A stretch of DNA of 64,000 nt, from positions 418,578 to 482,577 of the forward strand of contig OY970377.1 of the NCBI GenBank assembly GCA_963718775.1, given 5' to 3'. This document shows, piece by piece, positions 44,319-53,324 of this stretch. The position numbers and the translations under genes were made by a program. A model generated the notes under the pieces. That model had not been told where the DNA came from. It searched no databases and saw nothing but the letters and a program-made list of their open reading frames with translations. Origin of the DNA: an uncultured Solirubrobacterales bacterium (GTDB lineage Bacteria > Actinomycetota > Thermoleophilia > Solirubrobacterales > 70-9). The first letter of the stretch is position 1, and each line of letters opens with the position of its first letter.

Positions 44319-45505
44319 TCCCGGAACCGTGCCGTGATCAAAGCATCCATACCAACGGCCTTAACCGTGCTGCTCAATGCGGTTTCTCGCGCGGGTGGCG
44401 CAGATGCGGGGGGGCCGAGAACGGAGGCCCCGCCCCCGCCCGCAGATCCCCCCGCAGCTGCGACGGGCCCCGTGCGCCAATCACTTCCGAGCAGGACGGG
44501 GGCGACGAAGGTCCTTGCTTCGTCTAGCTGGTCGGCGATCTGGAAGGCGCTGGCCAGGGTCGGGCCGCCCTCGAGGAAGAGGCTCGTGATGCCGCGGCGG
44601 CCCAGATCGGCAAGGGCTGCCTCGATGCCGTCAGCGACGAGGATCTCGGCGCCGGCCTCACGAAGGGCTGATGCATCAGCTTCGGGTGAGACGACGACGA
44701 GCACCGGCGAGTCGTCGAGGGTTCGGAGCAGCTGCGAATCGAGCGGCAGACGGGCCTGGCGGTCGAAGACGACGCGAACCGGCTGCCGCGAGCTCGTTCC
44801 GGTGCGCTTTATGCTCGCCTGGGGTGCATAAGGCGCACCGGAAGGCTCTGGGCGGGCGGTTAGGAGGGGGTCGTCGGTTAGGACGGTGTCGATGCCGACG
44901 GCGATCGCGTCGGATTCGGCGCGCCAGCGGTGGACCAGCTCACGGCTGCGCTCGCCGGAGATCCAGGGCGAGTCGCCGGGCGGGGCGCTGGTGCGGCCGT
45001 CGAGCGACATCGCCAGCTTCAGGGTGACCAGCGGCAGGCCCGTGCGCGCATGCTTGCGGAAGGGCTGGTTGAGCAGGCGGGCCGCGGTGGCCTCCTCGCC
45101 TGCGGCGAGCTCGACCTCGACGCCGCCGTCGCGCAGGATGCCGGGCCCGCGCCCGGCCGCCTTCTCGCTCGGATCATCGGAAGCGATCACGACCCGGGCG
45201 ATTCCCGCCTCAAGGATCGCCTCGGTGCAGGGCGGTTGCCGCCCCGTATGCGCACAGGGCTCCAACGTCACGTACATCGTCGCCCCCGCCGGGTCCTCTC
45301 CACGCCTCTCGCAATCCGCCAGCGCCGCCCGCTCCGCATGCAGGCCACCCAGCTCGGCATGAAACCCCTCGCCGATCACCTCGCCGCCTCGCACCACAAC
45401 AGCTCCGACAAGAGGATTAGGACTGACCCGACCGCGCCCACCCTCCGCCAGCTCAAGCGCCCGCGCGAGATGCGACCGATCCGTGCCTGTCAGTTGCGCA
45501 TTCAT
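44312..45505 (-). CDS. ribD: Bifunctional riboflavin deaminase/reductase RibD, carrying two in-frame repeat insertions
   Basis: C-terminal part of chimeric track ORF 44312..46282, from MNAQLTGTDRSHLARALELAEGG...HAERAAL...TLEPCAHTGRQPPC.... The ATG is at 45505. Confidence 0.85.
   Translation of the reverse strand: MNAQLTGTDRSHLARALELAEGGRGRVSPNPLVGAVVVRGGEVIGEGFHAELGGLHAERAALADCERRGEDPAGATMYVTLEPCAHTGRQPPCTEAILEAGIARVVIASDDPSEKAAGRGPGILRDGGVEVELAAGEEATAARLLNQPFRKHARTGLPLVTLKLAMSLDGRTSAPPGDSPWISGERSRELVHRWRAESDAIAVGIDTVLTDDPLLTARPEPSGAPYAPQASIKRTGTSSRQPVRVVFDRQARLPLDSQLLRTLDDSPVLVVVSPEADASALREAGAEILVADGIEAALADLGRRGITSLFLEGGPTLASAFQIADQLDEARTFVAPVLLGSDWRTGPVAAAGGSAGGGGASVLGPPASAPPARETALSSTVKAVGMDALITARFREW
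44384..44455 (+). repeat. Repeat family R3, copy a (inside the ribD 3' coding region)
   Basis: TTCTCGCGCGGGTGGCGCAGATGCGGGGGGGCCGAGAACGGAGGCC...CCCGCAGATCCCC, shared with 45566..45670. Translated as ..GGSAGGGGASVLGPPASAPPARE... Confidence 0.7.
44799..44841 (-). repeat. Short palindromic element R1 inside the ribD coding sequence
   Basis: CCGGTGCGCTTTATGC-TCGCCTGGGGT-GCATAAGGCGCACCGG: a 16-bp stem with one G-T pair. The 21 nt GGTGCATAAGGCGCACCGGAA are identical to 51594..51614. Confidence 0.85.
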
Positions 45506-45565
45506 GCCACTGATTGACTGGTCAATCAACCAATCGTACAGCGCCTGCGCAGGGAGTCTGTGACG

Positions 45566-45670
45566 TTCCTCGCGCGGGTGGCGCGGGGAGGGGGCCGAGA
45601 ACGGACGCCGCGCGCGCCCGCAGGCCCCCTCCCCGTGACAGGACCCGCGCGCCGACCCCGCAGATACCCT
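45566..45670 (+). repeat. Repeat family R3, copy b (intergenic, between ribD and the glycosyltransferase)
   Basis: TTCCTCGCGCGGGTGGCGCGGGGAGGGGGCCGAGAACGGACGCC...GGCCCCCTCCCC...CCCCGCAGATACCC. Same orientation as copy a, with extra internal sequence. Confidence 0.7.
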
Positions 45671-45684
45671 GACCCGCGCCCCCA

Positions 45685-46674
45685 ATGAAGCTGATCGTCC
45701 AAATCCCCTGCCTGAACGAGGAGTCCACCCTCCCCGCGACGATCGCCGACATCCCGCGGCAGATCGACGGGCATCGACACGGTCGAGCTGCTGGTCGTCG
45801 ACGACGGCTCGACCGACCGCACGGTCGAGGTCGCCCGCGAGAACGGCGTCGAGCACATCGTCCGCCTGACCAACAACAAGGGCCTGGCGGCCGGCTTCCA
45901 GGCGGGGCTCGACGCCTGCCTCAAGCTCGGCGCCGACGTCGTCGTCAACACCGACGCCGACAACCAGTACCGCGGCGCCGACATCCCGAAGCTGCTGGCG
46001 CCGATCCTCGCCGGCGAGGCCGACATGGTCGTCGGCGATCGCCAGGTCGACCAGATCGAGCACTTCTCGGGCCAGAAGAAAGCCCTGCAGCGACTCGGCA
46101 GCTGGGTCGTGCGACGGCTCTCCGGCACCGAGATCGCCGACACCACCTCCGGCTTCCGCGCCTACAACCGCGAGGCGGCGCTGGGCCTGCTCGTCGTCGA
46201 CAACTTCACCTACACGCTGGAGAGCCTGATCCAGGCCGGCAAGATGCTGGTCGCGGTCGGACCAGGTCGAGATCGGCGTCAACCCGCAGACTCGCGAGTC
46301 GCGGCTCTTCGCTTCGACCGGCGGCTACGTGCGCCGCAACGCGCTCTCGATCCTGCGCATCTACGCGCGCTACGAGCCGCTGCGCGTCTTCGCCACGGCC
46401 GGCCTCGTCGTCGCGCTGCTCGCCCTCGCCGCCTGGCTGCCCTTCCTGCTCGACTGGATCCTCAACGGCGACAGCACCGGCCACCTGCAGTCGCTGATCC
46501 TCGGCGCGGTGCTCTTCATCGTCGCGATCCAGCTGCTCGCCCTGGGCGTGATCGGCGACCTGCTTGGCCGGGCAGCGGGTGATGACGCAACGGGTCTTCG
46601 AGCGCGTGCGCCGGGTCGAGCTGGCGCTCGACGTGCCGCCCTCGCACTACGAGCGCGGCGCTCCGGACCGCTGA
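45685..46674 (+). CDS. GT2-family glycosyltransferase; at least 2 frame changes
   Basis: [24 protein letters not shown].. is on 45685..46497. ..[10 protein letters not shown].., ..TDADNQY.. and DMVVGDRQV...[11 protein letters not shown] are on 46025..46582. The C-terminal transmembrane part is on 46329..47303. The stop overlaps the next ATG (46672..46676). Confidence 0.8.
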
Positions 46675-48082
46675 TGCAGGCGCTGCGCAAGGCGCTGGGC
46701 GCCCGCCGTGGCGGCCAGGCGGGCGCCAGCTCGGCGACCGCCGACTACGGCAAGACGGCGAGCTTCCTGGCGATCGGCGTCGGCCTCACCGGGGTGATCA
46801 CCTACGTCTACTTCTTCATCGCCTCGCACGTGCTCTCCAAGCCCGACTACGGCGAGATCACCGTCGTCTGGTCGGCCGTCTTCATCACGATCTCGACCCT
46901 CTACCGGCCGGTCGAACAGCTGCTCTCCCGCCACATCTCCGAACACCTGGTCAAGGGCGAGGAGATCGGCGGCACGACGCGCAACGCGGCGACGATCCAG
47001 CTCGGCCTGGCGCTGCTCTTCGCGGTCCTCGCCCTGGCCTTTCGCGGGCCGCTGCAGGACGGCCTGCTCGAGGGCAACGAAACGCTCTACTGGGTCTACT
47101 TCTCGGCGGTCCTCTTCTACGCGGCGAGCTACTTCGCCCGCGGCTATCCTCGCCGGCGTCAAGCGCTTCGGGCTCTTCACCGCGCTGATCCTCTCCGAGT
47201 CCTGCTTCCGCACGCTCTTCGCCGTCCTCGTCGCGGTCAGCCTGCTCGAGCGGCCAGTCCTGGGTGGCGATCGGCATCGTCGCCGCGCCCTCGCTCTCCC
47301 TGATGGTCGTGCCGCTGGCCTTCGCCCGCGGCGCGCGGACGGCGCCGGCAGCGCCCCAGGCCGCCAGCCAGGACTCGTCTGTCTCGGTCGCCCACGGCAG
47401 CGGCTTCGCGGCTGCCGTGCTGGTGATCATGTTCAGCGAACAGGCCTTCCTCAACGCCGGGCCGCTGGTCGTGCGCGCCCTCGACGGCGCCGCTGCGGCC
47501 GGCTTCATCTTCAACGTGCTGATGCTGGCGCGGGCGCCGCTGCAGCTCTTCCAGGCGGTCTCGACCAGCATCCTCCCCCACCTGACCGGCCTGCACACCA
47601 GCGATGAGCCCGGCAGCGAGGACGAGTTCCATCGCTCGGTGCGGGCGGTGCTGCTCGGCATCGTCGCCTTCACGGCGGTGATGGCGCTGGCGATCCTCGC
47701 CGCCGGCCCGCAGCTGATGCAGCTCGCCTTCAGCGACAAGTTCAGCTACGAGCGCGGCGAACTGCTCTTGGTCGCCCTCGGCACCGGGCTCTACCTCGCC
47801 TCGGTGACGGTCAACCAGGCCTGCGTCGCCCAGGGCCAGGTGCGCCGCGCCGCGAGCCGCTGGATCGCCTGCGCCGCCCTCTTCATCGGCTGGAACTTCG
47901 TGCCCCTGGTCAACGACGAGTTCCTCCGCGTCGAGATCGGCTTCACGCTGACCGCCGGCGTGCTCTTCGGCCTGCTCTACCTGATCTACCGCCGCCCCCA
48001 CGAACGTGCCGAGGACGTGCCGGCGCCGGGCTCTGCCGAGGAACTCGAGCTGCGCCTCGCCGCGATGGACGAGAACACCTAG
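46674..48082 (+). CDS. Polytopic membrane protein, oligosaccharide flippase (MOP/Wzx-like) candidate; frameshifted
   Basis: Runs from MQALRKALG... within 46329..47303 and continues on 47264..48082. It has many hydrophobic segments. The family call rests on topology and context only. Confidence 0.55.
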
Positions 48083-48085
48083 GCG

Positions 48086-49884
48086 ATGGGAGGACACGAC
48101 GCCGAGCTGATCCTCGTCGCCGGCGCCCTGCTCGCCGCCGGCATCCTCGGCGCCCTGCTCGCCGATCGCATCCGCATCCCGGGACTGCTGCTCTTCCTCG
48201 GCCTGGGCATGCTTGCCGGCTCGGAGGGAATCGGCGGAATCGAGTTCGACGACGTCGAGCTGGCCCGGACCCTGGGCACGATCGCGCTCGTCCTCATCCT
48301 CTTCGAGGGCGGTCTGACGGCGGGCTGGTCGGAGATCCGCCCGGTGCTCGGCACGGCCGCCTCGCTGGCGACGATCGGGACCGCGGTAACCGCCTGCACG
48401 GCCGGGCTCGTCGCCCACTGGATCTTCGGCATCAGCGTGCTGGAAGGGATGATCGTCGGCGCCGCGATCGCCGCCACCGACTCGGCGGCGATCTTCGCCG
48501 TGCTGCGTCGCTCGACCCTGAAAAAGACGGCTGGCGCGGACGCTGGAGGGTGAGTCGGGGATGAACGACCCGGTCGCCCTGCTGCTCGTGATCGGCTTCA
48601 TCGAATGGATCCAGGAGCCCGGCTTCGGGCTCGCCGACATGGCCGGACTGCTCGCCCTCAAACTGGCGATCGGCGCCGTGATCGGCCTGGCGCTGGGCCG
48701 CCTCGCCGTGATCGCCCTCGACCGGGCGCGGCTGCCGACCGACGGGATCTACCCGGTCGCGACGATCGCGATCGCCGGGCTCGCCTTCGGCCTGGCCGAG
48801 GTCGCCCACGGCTCGGGATTCCTCGCCGTCTACCTCACCGCCCTCGCCCTCGGCTCGACCCGCATCCCGGCGCGGCGCACGATCGTCGCCTTCCACGAGG
48901 GCGTCGGCTGGGTCGCCCAGATCGGCCTCTTCATCCTGCTCGGCCTGCTCGTCTTCCCCAGCACGCTCGGCGACGTCGCCTGGGAAAGCCTCGCCCTCTC
49001 GGCCGTGCTGATCGTCCTCGCCCGCCCCCTCGCCGCCTTCGTCGCCACTGCCCTCTCCCCGCTCGACGTCCGCGAGCGGGCGATGCTGGGCTGGGCTGGG
49101 CTGCGCGGCGCGACGCCGATCTGGCTCGCCACCTTTCCGGTCGTCGCCGGCGTGGGCAGCGGCGAAGAGCTGTTCGCGATCGTCTTCTTCGTCGTCGTCA
49201 CCTCGACCCTGATCCAGGGGGCGAGCTTCGAGCCGCTGGCCAGCCGCCTCGGCCTGACCACCGACGAGCCGGCGCTGCCGCGGCGCCTGCTCGAGTCGGG
49301 GCGAATCCGCCGCATGGGCGGCGACGTCGTCTCCTACCGACTGCGCCCGGGGGCGGCGGCGGCCGGTCACCTGGTCCGCGAACTCGGCCTGCCGCGCGAG
49401 GCGCTGGTCAACGTGATCGTCCGCGACGGACACGCGATCCCGCCGCGCGGCTCGACCGAGGTGCGCGAGGGCGACGAGCTGCACATCCTCGTCCGCGGCG
49501 AGCTGCGCGAGGAGGTCGAGGAGCTGACCAAGCGCTGGCACGATGGGCCGATCGGCATTCCGACCCCGGAGCGCCTGCCGCCGCGCGGCGCGCCACAGAT
49601 CTTCTCGGTGGGGCCGGCGATCGAGATCGAGGACCCCTCCGCGCCTGGCGCCGTCGACGGGATCGCGGTGGTCGCCATCCTGCGCAGCCGCCGCGACCAC
49701 CCCAGCGCCCTGGTCGCGCTTGCCGACAGTCGCTACGCCCTGGTCACCGAGACCGTGGTGGCACTCGGCGATCGTCGCTCAGTGGCCCGTTGGTGCGAGC
49801 GCCGCGCCGAACGAGCCGGCAGACGACCCAGCGGAGCGCGCCTGGTGGCAGGAGGTAATTGGTGCGCTGATGGCGCGGGGTTGA
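48086..49884 (+). CDS. CPA1-type K+/Na+:H+ antiporter with a C-terminal TrkA-C domain; frameshifted
   Basis: 48086..48553 holds the N-terminal transmembranes, 48561..50663 (first ~430 aa: ...GESGMNDPVALLL..., TrkA-C ...GDELHILV...) the middle, and 49543..49884 the last codons ...AERAWWQEVIGALMARG. Confidence 0.8.
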
Positions 49885-49885
49885 G

Positions 49886-49995
49886 GTCTGCCCCGGCAGG
49901 GACTCCGCATAACTTTTTCGAGAGGCGGGGATTGCTGGCGCCCGATGGTGCGGCCGCGAAAAAGTACAAGACGCTCCGCCCCCGCCGGGGCGACC
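49886..49995 (-). repeat. Hairpin repeat family A, copy A6
   Basis: Reverse complement is GGTCGCCCCGGCGGGGG-CGGAGCGTCTTGTACTTTTTCG-apex-CGAAAAAGTTATGCGGAGT-CCCTGCCGGGGCAGACC. It fills the spacer between the antiporter stop (49884) and the rpe stop (49996). Confidence 0.9.
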
Positions 49996-50685
49996 TCAAG
50001 CAGCGCCGGCCGCGGCGACGATCTCTGCGTAGGCGGAAGCGGGGTCGTCGGTGTCGAAGATGGCTGAGCCGGCGACGAAGAGGGATGCACCGGCGTCCGC
50101 GACCGTGCCGGCGGTCTTGGTGTCGATGCCGCCGTCGACCTCGATCTTGGCCTTGCCGGCGCCGCGACTTCAGGCGTGAGACCTTGTCGGGTGAGCTCTC
50201 GATGAAAGCCTGGCCGCCCCAGCCGGGGTTGACGGTCATGCAAAGGACGATGTCGGCGAGGTCGCGCAGCTCGGCGAGGGTCTCGACCGGGGTGCCGGGG
50301 TTGAGCGCGATCCCCGCCAGACAGCCGAGCTCACGGATCGCGGCAAGGGTGCGGTTGGCGTGCGGCGTCGCCTCCTCGATGGAAGGTGATCGAGTCGGCG
50401 CCGGCCTCGGCGAAGGCCTCGATCTGGCGTTCGGGCTGCTCGATCATCAGGTGGACGTCGAGGACGCCGCCGGCATCGTGGACCTGGTCGGCGATCGACG
50501 CGGCGACCAGCGGCCCGATCGTGATCGGCGGCACGAAATGCCCGTCCATCACGTCGAAGTGGATGACCCGCGCGCCGGCATCCATCACCTCGGCGATCTG
50601 CGCGCCCAGCCGGCGAGCAGTCGGCCGAGAGGATCGAAGGCGCGACGCGCGGCGAAGCGATGACCTCCTGCATCCGCTCGCTCAT
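49996..50685 (-). CDS. rpe: Ribulose-phosphate 3-epimerase; at least 3 frame changes
   Basis: Pieces lie on 50236..50781 (..VAPSILSAD), 50331..50588 (..HFDVMDGHFVPPITIGP...DVHLM...) and 49733..50239 (MTVNPGWGGQAF..). The C-terminus ..VDGGI...VAGSAIF.. is in a further frame. Confidence 0.85.
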
Positions 50686-50933
50686 ACCGGCCTCATCATC
50701 GAGTCCCCGCAGGTTTGACAGGTCATGTCCTCGGTGGTGCTCATCCGCGCGATCGTCTGGTGCTCGCCGCAGTTGGGGCACTGCGAGACGAGCTCGAAGC
50801 GGCGCAGACAGTACACGCAGCGAAAGCGGCCCGGCAGCTGCGTCGGGCGCAGCCAGGGCTCACCGCAACCAGGGCAGGCCGCCCGGCGCAGGACGCTCTC
50901 GCTCTCTCCCGCCTCACTCATCGCCAGCATCAT
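50682..50933 (-). CDS. Small zinc-ribbon protein with four CxxC pairs; hypothetical
   Basis: 83 aa with CPGCG...CVYC...CPNCG...CQTCG. It overlaps the rsmB stop region and the rpe start by a few nt, which suggests translational coupling. Confidence 0.5.
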   Translation of the reverse strand: MMLAMSEAGESESVLRRAACPGCGEPWLRPTQLPGRFRCVYCLRRFELVSQCPNCGEHQTIARMSTTEDMTCQTCGDSMMRPV

Positions 50934-52251
50934 CGCGCCTCAGGCGGCAGATGAAGAAGCCGGTGGTGCGATCGCGATCCGGACGGAGCTGAAAACGCTC
51001 TCCGCCGTCGACTTGCTCCTCGTTCTCCCGGGCGCTGATCGTGCAGGTCGAGTAGACGAGCGTGCCGCCCGGTCGGAGCGCCGCCCTCGCCCTTTGGAGG
51101 AGTTGGGCCTGGACCTCGACCAGGCGGTCGATGGTGGCCGGCGACTTGCGCCAGCGCGCGTCGGGGCGCGAGGCGAGGGCGCCCAGGTCGGAGCAGGGGG
51201 CGTCGAGGAGGACCCGGTCGAAGCCGGGGGCCATGCCCGGTTGCGCGGCATCGGTCTCGATCACGGTGACGCTGCGCAGGCCGAGGCGACGAGCCTGATC
51301 CGCGACTTCGGCGGCACGCTCGGGGTCGTTCTCCACCGAGATCACCTCGCCGCGGTCGCCCATCCGAGCGGCGATCTGGCCGGTCTTGATGCCGGGGCCG
51401 GCGCAGAGATCGAGGATGTGCTCGCCGGGCTGGGGGTCGAGGACCTCGACCACCGCGGCCGATCCCCGGCTCTGCGGAGTCAGCTCGCCAGCAGCGATCA
51501 GCTCCGGCACGAGGTCGCCGGTCCGCCCCTCGATCGCGATCATCTCCGGCAGCGCCAGCACCCCCTCGCTTGCAGTGCGCCTTTTGCTCCCGGTGGGTGC
51601 ATAAGGCGCACCGGAACCAGCGGCGCGGGCGTCGATGCCGGCGTCGCGCAGCTTGGCGAGGATGGAGTCGCGGTCGGTGCGCAGGGTGTTGACGCGGAAG
51701 GCGACCTCGGGCGGCTCGTTGCAGGCGGCGAGCAGGGAGCGGGCCTGCTCGGGCCCCAGCTCGTCCCACCACATCTGCGCCAGCCAGAGCGGCGCCGAGT
51801 GGGCGACGGCGGCTGCCTGCGGGGTCGAGTCGTCGCCGAGCAGCGACTCGACCAACGAGGCGCGCTCGCGGGTCGCCCGGCGCAGGACGGCGTTGACCAG
51901 GCCGGCGGCATGCGCGGCGCCGGCCTGCTTGACCAGCTCCACCGCCTGGTCGACCGCGGCGTGGTCGGGGGTCCCGTCGGCGAAGAGCAGCTCGTACATG
52001 CCCAGCCGCAAGGCTCCCAGCAGCGGCGGGTCGAGATCGCGCAGCGGCCGGTCGACCAGCTGCGAGAGCGCCGCGTCGATCGTGCCGCGGCGCTGCACCG
52101 TGCCGTAGGCGAGCCGCTGCGCCTGGGCCCGCTCGCGAGCGTCGAGCGCACGCTCGTCGGCGGCTTCGCGGAAGGCGCGCTCGGTGTGGGCCTCTTCCTC
52201 GAAGGTCGCCCGGATCGTCTCGTAGGCGAGGGTGCGAGCCGGAGCAATCAT
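50914..52251 (-). CDS. rsmB: 16S rRNA (cytosine967-C5)-methyltransferase RsmB, carrying the R2 in-frame insertion
   Basis: Intact 445 aa with a NusB-like N-terminal domain, then ..LDLCAGPGIKT...DRVLLDAPCSDLG...GGTLVYSTCT. Confidence 0.9.
   Translation of the reverse strand: MIAPARTLAYETIRATFEEEAHTERAFREAADERALDARERAQAQRLAYGTVQRRGTIDAALSQLVDRPLRDLDPPLLGALRLGMYELLFADGTPDHAAVDQAVELVKQAGAAHAAGLVNAVLRRATRERASLVESLLGDDSTPQAAAVAHSAPLWLAQMWWDELGPEQARSLLAACNEPPEVAFRVNTLRTDRDSILAKLRDAGIDARAAGSGAPYAPTGSKRRTASEGVLALPEMIAIEGRTGDLVPELIAAGELTPQSRGSAAVVEVLDPQPGEHILDLCAGPGIKTGQIAARMGDRGEVISVENDPERAAEVADQARRLGLRSVTVIETDAAQPGMAPGFDRVLLDAPCSDLGALASRPDARWRKSPATIDRLVEVQAQLLQRARAALRPGGTLVYSTCTISARENEEQVDGGERFQLRPDRDRTTGFFICRLRRDDAGDE
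51575..51614 (-). repeat. Short palindromic element R2 inside the rsmB coding sequence
   Basis: GTGCGCCTTTTGC-TCCCGGTGGGT-GCATAAGGCGCACCGG. Homologous to R1 and translated in the same element frame (SGAPYAPTGSKRRTAS). Confidence 0.85.
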
Positions 52252-52262
52252 GACAATGGATC

Positions 52263-52318
52263 GCGTTCAAATCGCCACGGATTCGAACCCCCGGAAGTCA
52301 CCGTGTCGATTTGAACGC
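52263..52318 (-). repeat. Hairpin repeat family D, copy D1
   Basis: GCGTTCAAATCGCCACGG-ATTCGAACCCCCGGAAGTCA-CCGTGTCGATTTGAACGC. It ends one base before the fmt stop codon (52319..52321). Confidence 0.8.
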
Positions 52319-53226
52319 TCACAGTTTCGGCAGCTGGTGGCCGCGCAGGTAGGCGTCTGCCGCCATCGACTTGCCACCGGCCGGCTGCACCACCTCGAGC
52401 CGCAGGGCGCCCCGGCCGCAGCCGAGCAGCAGCGCCCCCCACTCGGCGCGCACCTCGCCGGCCTTGACGCCGACATCGACCGCGCGCGCTCGCCGCACCC
52501 CCAGCCGCTCGCCGCCGCTGGTCTCCAGATAGGCGCCAACGTGCGGAGTCAGCGCACGGACGATGCGGGCCAGCTCGACCGCCGGCCGCTTGGGGTCGAG
52601 GCGGCGCTCCAGCGAGGCGATCTTCTCCGCGTAGGTGGCCTCCGCATCGTCCTGCTCGACGAAATCGAGTCGCCCCTCGGCCAGCAGGTCGAATGCCCGC
52701 ACCAGCAGCTCGCCGCCGAGCGTGGCCAGACTGCGCGGCAAGCGCTTCGAAGTCTTCCTCGGAGCCGATCGGCAGCTCCTCGCGGAGAGCGACCGGCCCG
52801 GAGTCGAGGCCCTCGGTCAGCTTCATCACGCAGACGCCCGGTGCGCTCGTCGCCGGCCATGATCGCCCGCTCGATCGGCGCCGCGCCGCGCCAGCGGGGC
52901 AGCAGCGATGGGTGGATGTTGAGCATCGGCCACTCCGAGAGCAGCGGCTCGCGGATCATCTGGCCGAAGGCGCAGACCGCGAGCGCCTGTGGCTGGACGG
53001 CGCGGATCTGCTCGAGCGCCGCCTCGTCGTTGACGTTCTCGGCCTGCAGCAGGTCGATCCCCAGCTCGGCGGCGGCCTCGGCGGCGGGTGGCGCCTGGGT
53101 GCGGCGCCCGCGGCCCTTGGGGCGATCGGGGGGCGTGACGACCAGCAGCGGCCTGTGCGCCGACTCGGCCAGCTGGCGCAGCACCGCCGCGGCGAACTCC
53201 GAGGTGCCGAGGTAGACCGTCCTCAC
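52319..53226 (-). CDS. fmt: Methionyl-tRNA formyltransferase; 2 frame changes
   Basis: 52549..53625 (VRTVYLGTSEFAA...NIHPSLLPRWRGAAPIERAIMAGDERTG), then 52248..52829, then 52319..52741 (C-terminal domain). Confidence 0.85.
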
Positions 53227-53242
53227 GCGTCGCACTGTGGGC

Positions 53243-53294
53243 GCGTCAATCGACACGGTGACTGCCGGGTATTCGAGTCCGTGGCGATTGACGT
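53243..53294 (+). repeat. Hairpin repeat family D, copy D2
   Basis: GCGTCAATCGACACGG-TGACTGCCGGGTATTCGAGT-CCGTGGCGATTGACGT. It is the inverted counterpart of D1 on the other side of fmt. Confidence 0.8.
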
Positions 53295-53324
53295 GTTCAC
53301 GCTGTGCTCTTCGGCTCACGATGC

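Noticed and set aside
45506-45684. An FMN riboswitch is expected upstream of ribD.
   Set aside because: Reading the minus strand, I could not find the conserved ACCGGCGGU, AGCCCGCGA, GCCGACGGU or AGUCCGGAUGGGAG blocks. The region is occupied by repeat R3b. Indel noise could hide a real element, so this is recorded as not found rather than absent.
44312-46282. The 656-aa track ORF, and similar giants such as 17057..18982, 41856..43601 and 48561..50663, might be novel multidomain proteins.
   Set aside because: Each is a chimera. A real gene segment (ribD; yifB plus dprA; ribBA plus ribH; the antiporter) is joined to antisense or out-of-frame read-through because a stop was missed or a frameshift was introduced.
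52270-52300. GGGGGTTCGAATCC in D1 (minus strand) and ATTCGAGTCC in D2 resemble a tRNA T-loop, suggesting a tRNA fragment or tRNA-derived element.
   Set aside because: The bases flanking TTCGAAT do not form a 5-bp T stem (CGGGG against CCGTG). There is no acceptor, D or anticodon arm. The motif sits in the loop of a simple hairpin.
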